Position numbers and translations under genes: made by a program. From Eledone cirrhosa (Eukaryota): DNA of 64,000 bases. The stretch lies in assembly GCA_964016885.1 (NCBI GenBank), contig OZ024754.1, forward strand, positions 23,622,001 through 23,686,000, given 5' to 3'. Positions 53,939-64,000 of this stretch are shown piece by piece (position 1 is the stretch's first letter; the number at the start of each line of letters is the position of its first letter). Below the pieces are notes generated by a model that did no database searches, had not been told where the DNA came from, and saw nothing but the letters and a program-made list of their open reading frames with translations.

Positions 53939-54074
53939 GTATATATACAGTATATATATATATATAGTACGCAAAATATGTAATGAGTAGTCTAACAGGA
54001 AGGGAGAACTTTGCATGTAGACGAGGCACAGCAGAAATTGAGAGGAAGAGTGCTACTGTTATTAATCGTTTCCA

Positions 54075-54560
54075 GTCACATGAAGGATCTATAGATGTGG
54101 TTGATAGCTTCTGCTATCTAGGTGACCTAATCAGCAGTAGAGGAGGTGTGCCAAGAGTAGAGTGGCTTGAAGAAGGATAGGATGGAAGTTTAGTGAACTA
54201 CTACTGATAACATAAGGTTTCTCACTACACACAAAAGGAAGGGTATATAAAGCCTGTGTGAAGTGTGTGATACTGCAGAGGACATGATTAGACTGGAGAG
54301 AAATGAAGCAACCATGTTTTGTAGGATTTGGAATGTAAATGGGAGAGAAAAACAGAGATTGGACTAGCTGAGGAAATCCTAGTGGAAGGATGCTGCAGTA
54401 GAGGATGACCAAGAAAGTCAGGGGCAAATGTTGTGAGAGCTTAACTCAAATTGTGAAGACTGGAAGAGATGATGAAGGAACGCATCTAGTGGCGAGATGT
54501 CGTGCTAAGAAGGACCCGTCCAACCCATGCAAGCATGGAACAGTAAATGTAATGATGATA
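54075..54560 (+). mobile_element. Decayed RTE 3' fragment
   Basis: EGSIDVVDSFCYLGDLISSRGG; tail cccatgcaagcatggaa. Confidence 0.75.
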
Positions 54561-55399
54561 CACAGAATATACACAATATATATACATATAAATACTATGT
54601 ATATGTAGCACATATATACAATATATGCACTATATATATACATATAAATACTATGTATATAGTGTACGTGCTACATATACACAATATATACACTATATAT
54701 ATATATACTGCATATATAGTAAATATGCTACATATACACAAAATATACACTATATATAAATACTGCATATATAGAGTATATGCTACATATAGACAATATA
54801 TTAACTATATATATACTGCATACATATTTTATATAATGTTGTCCAAGGGAATAGGTGAAACAGCTTGGCACCAATGACATCATAGATCATCATTTAATGT
54901 CTACTTTCCCTGCTAGCAAGGGTGGGACAGGTCTTTACAAACCAGGGTGCAGTGGGAGACCACATCTCTCTTACATATAGTCCCACATTCTACTGAGTGT
55001 ATTTTATTGTAGCACCAGTACTAAAGAGGTTGTCATGTCTTTGACAGAACTGAAGGGTGCTACCAAAACTTTGTTTGGCAAGAGAAGAAAATTGTAAAGT
55101 ATTTTCAAATGTGAATTATTTCTAAAAAAAAAGTCATAATTTGAACTGCCATGAAAGTACCATCCAACAAATATTAAAGTTATAAAATTGTTTTTATTTA
55201 CACATAAATGTGGATTTTTTGTCATAAATATGAACACAAACCAGTTAAGGTTTATAAAATAAACACATAAACACATCAATTTTGTTTTGTTTTTCTTGCA
55301 CTGATGGAGTCATAGGGGTATCACTGTGGGCATTTGAAGACCATCACTTACCAGGTTAGAACAGGTGATTTCTTCCAGAGAAGGAGAGAGGGGAAGTGA

Positions 55400-55730
55400 G
55401 AAAGAATAGACCCCTGTGGTAGACTGGTACTTTTTTGTTATCTATCTTGAATGGATGAAAGGCAAAGTTGACCTCAGCACGATTTAAATTCAGAGAACCA
55501 GAACAAATATGGCAGAAAGCATTCCATCCATTGCTTTTATTGACTTTAAATAAATGTTTCTACTTTTAAATCAATCCCAGCAATTGGAAGAGAAAGAGGA
55601 ATGCCAATTAAATCGACTCCAGTGCATTACTGGTACTTTTTAAAACCCAGAACATAAAGGGCTGTAACTATATGACACAAAGAATGTTGTCTGGCGCTCT
55701 ACAGATTCTGCCAATCCACCACCCTCACCA
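55400..55730 (-). mobile_element. Two diverged SINE copies
   Basis: ggatgaaaggcaaagttgacctc; actggtactt; ctctacagattctgccaatcc. Confidence 0.6.
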
Positions 55731-56124
55731 ATAAAATAAGATTGTGTCTCTATAAGAAACCTTAATGACAAATAACATGAAGTAGAACTTTCTACAGGGT
55801 GTATTTGTGGATTGCAATACAAAACCTGAGGATAATTTCCATCATATTTCACCATAATCAATGTTCATTAATATATATTATTTTGTGGCATTCTTGAGAT
55901 CATTAATCCCTACCTGAACATCCCTAGACATCTGATCTATGTAGGTCATTTTCAGTCATCGCACTAGGGTCTTATTATGTTTAGGTATCCACCACAGGAG
56001 CCAGCTCATCTGGTCATCCATTCTTCGGTAGGAATGTCTGGTATGTCCTCCGCTCCCTAGTTATTGTTTGATATATGGCAGTATATTTCTTGTTTGATTG
56101 AGGAATATATATATATACATACAT

Positions 56125-56620
56125 AGATGCGTATGAAGGATGACAGCTGCATTAACAGGTGCAGAGCACTAAAAGTTGATGTAAGCCATGGAGTGGGGAG
56201 TACCAAGAAGACCTGGGATGAGGTGATTAAAGCTGACTTTGCCCAATTGCACCTCTCAAATACAATGACACAGGACCGTGACCTCTGATGTCACGCAGTA
56301 ATACAGAAGACCCGACTTCACACGGGTACACGCCGAAGCTGAAGCATATAGACAATATCTCCCCACCCCTACCCACTGCAAAAATAGTCATGGAGGTATC
56401 ACGAGAAAAAAACACCCAGCCCACACTGTGTAGGTACCATGGTAAAAAAAGCACCAAGCACTCACTGTAAATGAGGTTTTGTGTTAGGAAGGGCATCCCG
56501 CTGTAGAAATCAAGCCAAAATTAGTTTCCTGACCTGGCATTGCCCTCAACAGGACAACCCGTCTAACTTATGCTAACGTGGAAGAATGGACGTAAAACAG
56601 TGATGATGATGATGATGATA
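56125..56620 (+). mobile_element. RTE 3' end
   Basis: [22 protein letters not shown], 3' UTR and (GAT)n tail. Confidence 0.82.
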
Positions 56621-56689
56621 AGTATAAGATAAGGATTTTTCAAGCTTCACATTTTATATACTTCCGTCCAGAGTGGTGTGTCTGTATAT

Positions 56690-57561
<872 letters not shown>

Positions 57562-57912
57562 ATTTCTAGCTAGTGATCTTTGCATAAAGGAATCTCACCA
57601 CTTTTACTCATACATTAAGAAATGTAGGTATGCTATGTAGTCTATGATACAATGAGTCCATAAAATACTGCAGAACTCGGCTTTCTTCTTCTACAAAGTT
57701 GTAATGTAGCATTCAGTTGGTACAAGTAATAAGACGTATGACAGCGTAAGAGATCTTGCACGAATAATAAGGAAGTGCTTATATATATATATGCGTGTGT
57801 GTGATTATTGTAGAGTATACCACTATTAGTTTTGCTCATGTGAGAGAAGCTCTATTCACCTTAAAATCCTCAGCTCATAAAACAAACGAAAAAGTCCTCT
57901 ATGGTTAAGGTT

Positions 57913-59386
57913 TATAGCGAGGATACTGGGTGTATGAATGTAACAAAACGAGACATTGTTTGTGTATATAATATTTAATTAACGGTAGATAGAATACTTG
58001 ACATGTCAAAGATAGATGTTAGAATGAAACAAAGTTAGTAGTTACCGTTTTGATTGCCAGGCAAACGCGGCTGGCAGAGGGCGCCTGGCTAAGGCCAGGC
58101 GCCTGTTGGCCAAATTAATGGCAGAGCCAAATGAGAAGACTCTTGACCTGGTGCCGAAAAGGCAAAGAGAGAGAGGAAGCTTAAAGTTGTTAGTTTTATA
58201 GGGCTCTGACCGGAAGTCGTAGAAAGGGTTCCACCTCCCGTCTAGATCCCAATCAAAACAAGGGAGACAGCCGCTACATAACCTCCCGCCAGAATTTTAG
58301 TGTATAAAAATCGAAATGAAAATATGTAGCAAGTTGGCGAGAATGTTGTAACAGGCATGAAAATTACGACAAAAGAATGTTTGGAAAAATCAATGATAGA
58401 TATCAAGGTAGCCAACCGCTCTTGGCCAGAGAACGACTGGACATCCATCTATCCATCACCCAAAGATACAATGTAATAAAGTAAAAGTAATAGAAGAGCT
58501 CAAAGTTCAAAATATAGTTCACAGGTGTGCAATCACATGACAGCAGGAAAGAAAGTGTGTTCCAGAGAATGAATGCAGGTGGTTTCTGTTCTGTGGTATA
58601 TCGTGAAATTTCCAACCTCCGAATGGATTTTCTCACAGGAAGAGTGCTGCAAAAATGAATTCTCTGGCTTTTGTTTTGAAAGAGTTCGTTGTAAGAAACG
58701 AGAAACATATATATATATCGTGAAATGTTTTTTTTGTTTTGAAAGTGTTCGTTGTAAGAAACGAGAAACATATATATATATATTGGTGAAATGCGACAGT
58801 TAATTGATGCGTGAGAGAAAAAGTATGTCTGTGCGAATTCCACATGTGCGTGTGTGCGTGTCCTTGAGTATTTTCATAGTTTGTCGCTAAATTTGCTGTG
58901 TATTCGTAATGTTACTCACAAAACCAGATGTGCTATTTTTTTCTTTTTTTTTGGGGGGGGGGGGGGTGACCACTTATAGCGATGAACGGCTGCGTGTTCG
59001 TATCACGTCGGGGTCACCAATATAGCGAGGATACTGGGTGTATGAATGTAACAAAACGAGACATTGTTTGTGTATATAATATTTAATTAACGGTAGATAG
59101 AATACTTGACATGTCAAAGATAGATGTTAGAATGAAACAAAGTTAGTAGTTACCGTTTTGATTGCCAGGCAAACGCGGCTGGCAGAGGGCGCCTGGCTAA
59201 GGCCAGGCGCCTGTTGGCCAAATTAATGGCAGAGCCAAATGAGAAGACTCTTGACCTGGTGCCGAAAAGGCAAAGAGAGAGAGGAAGCTTAAAGTTGTTA
59301 GTTTTATAGGGCTCTGACCGGAAGTCGTAGAAAGGGTTCCACCTCCCGTCTAGATCCCAATCAAAACAAGGGAGACAACCGCTACA
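57913..59386 (-). mobile_element. Young non-coding LTR retrotransposon (TRIM-like, 1474 bp)
   Basis: 366-bp LTRs 57913-58278 and 59021-59386 (one difference seen), GGTT TSD, tRNA-Trp PBS, PPT ggcgggagg, no recognisable ORF, ~60-bp internal tandem duplication. Confidence 0.95.
58988..59019 (-). promoter_or_regulatory. Extended tRNA-Trp primer-binding site (32 nt)
   Basis: + strand GGCTGCGTGTTCGtATCACGTCGGGGTCACCA equals the metazoan tRNA-Trp 3' end including CCA, with one mismatch. Confidence 0.9.
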
Positions 59387-59589
59387 GGTTCTTGTTATTG
59401 AGGACAGTTCAGGTCACAAGAGAATTAATATTCATAATTTCAAAAGACGAAATTTAATATATATACAGACATACAGTGTGTAGGTATGAGAGAGAAATAA
59501 ATAGACGTGTGTGTGTGTAGAAATATGTGTGTACGTGTTGTAATAATTCAAGATATTTCACTTCAGATAGTTAAAAAGTTCAATGTTTG

Positions 59590-59990
59590 TGCTGTGATGG
59601 AACATGAAATAATACGTACTTTGATTTTCAAGACCAAATATAAAGTCAAGAAAAGTTAATAAAAACTAAATGTTGACTGATTTCTGATTAAAAAAATATT
59701 TTCCTGTCCTGTAAAATGTTCAACAGCCACTTCACGATGTTGGGGCTTGTTTGTGATGAAATGAAATATTTAATAATACATCTGATAAAACAACAACTAT
59801 AAGGTAAATAAGTCACCTTATTTACAAACATTAACGTTCACCTTAATATGAAATAATCACCATAAAAGATAAAATTAGAACAATGGAGCTGATTTAAATG
59901 GTAATTTTTCACTGTCTAGTTGACACCGGTGTTAGGACTTAAAAGTCCCCTACATAATTTAATACATTCAGAAACAACTTCAGTTATATT
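59590..59990 (-). repeat. Diverged paralogue of the ZNF upstream region, including the 89-nt exon (59620-59708)
   Basis: Reverse complement gives acatcgtgaa..ttttacag|gacag ... tttcttgacttta..aaa|gtacgtattattt. Confidence 0.8.
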
Positions 59991-60151
59991 ACTTCACACG
60001 TTCAATCGATATGCTAGTACCTTTTTCAGATTTGTATAAATAATATTATTAATTTTATATAACTGTTCATATTAAGACAAAACACATTATTAAAGGTAAT
60101 AAACTAGAAATGTTAATAACGAAAAATGAAAATGAATGAAGGAACTGAAAT

Positions 60152-60335
60152 AATTGTTTCTATTTTTGGCACAAGGCCAGCAATAATCCCAGTACTGGTA
60201 CTTATTTTATCGACCCCATAAGGATGAAATGCAAAGTTAACCTGGGCAGGATTTGAACTCAGACCGCAAAGGGCCGTGACTCTATGCTGCAAAGCATGGC
60301 GTCCGACCCTCTACTCATACTGGTAATCCACCTAA
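60152..60335 (-). mobile_element. tRNA-derived SINE
   Basis: Family core; at the paralogous position to the 52073 copy. Confidence 0.85.
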
Positions 60336-60654
60336 TGGAAGAGGGGGAGGGACAGACACTATACTCCTGTCTGAGCTATGACTCAACCCCTCCCCATCTT
60401 CCTCTTCTCACTATTACAGGCAGTGAAGCCTGGATTTGTGGCCGTAGTCGAAAGGTTGAGGCAGAGATCCAACCCATGCTAAACATCCAACTAATTCTGC
60501 TACTTCAGCTGTGGAGATTAGAGACATGTGGAATGATGTGTCTTGCTTAAGGACACAATGTACCTCCCTAGCTGAGAATTGAACACATAATAGGATGTAT
60601 GGCTTGACTATATATATACATATATGCGCATGTACATATGTGCTACATATATGA

Positions 60655-62800
60655 AACAAACAAAGCATTTAATATTGGCTGTTGGAACATACGGACAATG
60701 CTTGACAGGGATTCCTCCGAACGTCCTGAACGAAGGAATGCTCTTGTTGCAAAGGAGCTTCGACGTTACAATCTTCACATCGTGGCTTTATCCGAGACAA
60801 GGTTAGCTCAAGATCGTCCTCTTACAGAATTTGTGGAGAATATACATTCTTCTGGAAAGGAAGAGATGAAGGAACCAGAAGAGAGGCTGGGGTAGCATTT
60901 GCTGTAAGACGGCTCTTGTGGATAAATTGGAAGAATTCCCACTGGGGATTAGTGAGCGTCTTATGTCCATGAGGATTCTGCTGTACAAAGGAAGATATGC
61001 GACTCTGGTGAGTGTGTATGCTCCAGCTATAAATTCTGTTGATGAAGAAAAAGTGTCTTGAAAGGTTTTAAGAAATATCCCTCAGGCAGACAAGGTTATC
61101 GTGCTTGGTGACTTTAATGCTAGAGTGGGTAGGGATTTTAACAGATGGAATGTAATCAGAAGGCATGGGGTGAGAAAGTGTAACACCAATGGTGTGCTCC
61201 TGATGCAGATATGTGAGGAGCTGGATCTGTGTGTTACTATCACCATGTTACAGAAAAGAACAAATTTAAGACTACATTGATGCATCCTGCATCTAAAGAA
61301 TGGCATCTTTTGGAAGATTTCCTCAATCTCATTCTTGAAAAACCTGTGAAAGTAGCTCTCGCAGAACCACCGATGCTTGTGGAGGTTGCAGTAGCTATCT
61401 CGAGGCTGAACAGTGGAAGGTCTCCAGGTATGGATGGCATACGTGCAGAGCTCTTACTATATGGTGGTGAGAGACTTCTGTGACTTCTTCACCCTTTGTT
61501 TGGCAGAATATGGACTAGTGAATCCGTACCAGAGGACTGGAGAGATGCAGAAGTGGTAGTCTTGTACAAGGGAAAGGGTAACAAGAATGATTGTGGAAAC
61601 TATGGGGGTATATCATTGCTTTCTGTTGTAGGAAAAATTTTATGTAGGGTGCTTCTAGACTGTCTGCTGACACACATTGCAGATTGTGTCCTTCCTGAAA
61701 GTCAATCTGGTTTTTGTGCTGGACACAGCACTACTGATATGATCTTCTCAGATAGACAGCTCCAGAAGTGCATGGAAAAAGGTTTTTGGATCTGTATCAG
61801 GTTTTTATCGATCTGACAAAAATCCGTTGATACTGTTCACAGGAATGCATTGTGGAAGGTGCTCCAGAAACTTGGTTGCCCTTGAGAAGTTCCTTGCTTT
61901 GGTCAGGTCTTTCAGAGGTAACATGTCAGAGCCTATCTCAGTAAAAAATGGAATGAAACAGGGGGATATTCCAGCTCCGACCCTGTTTGCCATATACTTT
62001 GCAATGGTTTTCTATATTGCATTCAAGAATTGCAAGCATGATGTTTAGATCTACTATCAAACCTATGGCAGTATATTTAACATCAGGCGCTTTGCTGCAA
62101 AAACAAAAGTATTTACATCAATCATAAGAGACCTCTTGTATGCAGATGATTGTATGCAGATGATTGCGATCTTGTAGCACACACAGAGATTGATATGCAG
62201 CACATTTTAAATGCATTTTCTGATGCTTGCACTACCCTAGAATTGACTGTCAGTCTCAAGAAAACCGTTGTCATGTACTAACCTGCTCCTGGTAAGCAGT
62301 ACAGTGAACCAAATAAGTATGGTAAACGAGTAGTTAATCAGTTTGTCTACCTGGGAAGCACTGTCAATCGATACAGCAAGGATGAAGAATTCTAGAATAC
62401 CGAAACAACTCTTTTATGGAGAGATAGTTAAAGGAAAACGACCTCCACAAAAAAGAGGTATAAGGATTCCTTGAAAGCCTCTTTGAAAGACGCTTACAGC
62501 GAAGGCCCTCTTATGGAGCTGACATGCAGCGTCTGTGCGAGACTCTGCCTCAGCAAAGCCGGACTCGAAACTCATCTTCGCAGTCATAAACTGAGACCAG
62601 TGATTGACAAGGAGATGCTACTCATCATGCATGTGGAAGAGAATGTTAGATAAACAGGAGGGCTCAAACGAGATGCAAAAGTATATGAATCCAACCACAG
62701 CCAGCTATTGCCAGTTAACATTTTGGTTGCCAACTCTGTGCAAGACATTTTAGATCATTGGCTGGGCTAAAAAGCCACATTCGATCGCAACACCGTTAAT
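60655..62800 (+). mobile_element. Decayed RTE (BovB-like) LINE with internal deletions
   Basis: WNIRTM..ALSETRL, LGDFNARVG (APE); LYKGKGNKNDCGNY, LPESQSGF, GMKQG, LLYADD (RT); C-terminal CSVCARLCLSKAGLETHLRSH. Confidence 0.9.
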
Positions 62801-63613
62801 TGTTGTGTGTGTGTATATGTATGTTTGTGTGTATGTGTATGTATGTGTGTGAGTATAAATATATATATATATATATATTTTCGATAACGAGGGGGCAGCC
62901 ATCATATGTGCCTGTGTACATATATAACAATAATTTGAGGGTTGTGTTGGTAGTTGATCGTGTTATAGTGTTGGTTCATTTGTTGCTGTGTGGTGTGGTC
63001 ACTGTTGTGTCATAGTGTGACCACAGGCTGCATAAGTTCAGGTAAGTGAGTAAGTGTTCATTAAGATGATGATGATATGATAGTTCTTTGATCATACAGA
63101 AAATGAACATATATAAATGAACCATGATAACACAAAACCGCTGTATTATTAATTTATTGAAAATAGCTTACGCCGAAGCTATATGAAAAATACACAGAAA
63201 TTATGTACGTTATTTGTTTGTTTGTAAAAGTAGAGTTGAAGTCTTATTTATCAAGAAAACTTCATGGACTTCACTAGCTGGGTTGAGAGAGAAACCAAGA
63301 GAGAGAGATTGAGTGAAAGAGAGAGAATAAGTGTCACTGAGACCAAAGGAGTCTGTGGAAAGCAATAGTTTACATGTTTATTTTATCAAGAAATGCTCCA
63401 AACTGCTTAGCCGGATCTAAGGCAGGCTATTTATCTATGTCACGTCCTCTGTCTCCAAGGGTTGAGAAATAAGGGCTGACCTTTTGAGGTTGCCTAATCT
63501 CAGACCTGTTGATGCCCAAAAGGAGATGACCCAGAAAATGACCGTTAAATGTGACCCAGGGTTGAAGCTGTGGACATATTTCGCTACAAACATATATATA
63601 TACATGTATATAC

Positions 63614-63661
<48 letters not shown>

Positions 63662-63700
63662 GAAACGGCTTGAGCTCAGCTGTCGGGGTCTTACTGGTTC

Positions 63701-63770
<70 letters not shown>

Positions 63771-63853
63771 GGTATATATATAAATATATATATATATATA
63801 GTACAGAATATATATTTATATATATATAGTATGGTAGAGAAACATGTATATAC

Positions 63854-63891
<38 letters not shown>

Positions 63892-64000
63892 AGAAAAGAT
63901 GTAATGGGAAAGTGAGTAGTCTAAATGGAAGAGAGATTTTCGCATGTAGACGAGGCACAGCAGAACTTGAGAGGAAGAGTGCTACTGTTATAAACCGTTT

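Larger units (their letters stand above)
51771..54070 (+). repeat. Segmental duplicate of 59992-64000
   Basis: Collinear blocks: 51771-51850/59992-60072, 52735-52935/60425-60615, 53495-54070/63220-64000. Confidence 0.88.

Noticed and set aside
58988-59019. tRNA-Trp gene
   Set aside because: Only the 3' 32 nt are present, they include CCA, and they sit at the PBS position

Overview
AT-rich, microsatellite-dense eukaryotic DNA. The combination of tandem C2H2 zinc-finger genes, abundant RTE LINEs and tRNA-derived SINEs suggests an octopus-like cephalopod (inference). The host content is a C2H2-ZNF cluster: one 8-finger ORF at 6361-7170 and four disrupted paralogues at ~9.6, 16.4, 29.5 and 56.7-57.6 kb. 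Three of the loci share an 89-nt spliced non-coding exon. The rest is mostly nested mobile DNA: many RTE LINEs, CR1 and CRE fragments, a nearly intact Naiad-like Penelope element, a decayed Gypsy element with a nested solo LTR, a CsRn1-like remnant, a young 1.47-kb non-coding LTR element, a Merlin (IS1595/ISXO2-like) transposon, Helitrons, mariner and piggyBac MITEs, and SINEs. Most notable signals: (1) the small LTR element carries a 32-nt copy of its tRNA-Trp primer with a substitution exactly at A58 (the m1A site); (2) the Merlin element carries histone-mRNA-type stem-loops at both ends; (3) seven hammerhead-ribozyme motifs of five unrelated sequence types, plus one half motif, occur mostly in fold-back modules embedded in (TA)n; (4) single in-frame UAG stops split otherwise open ZNF and Penelope ORFs; (5) there are several templated insertions and fold-back duplications. 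All calls were made by eye and boundaries of decayed elements are approximate.
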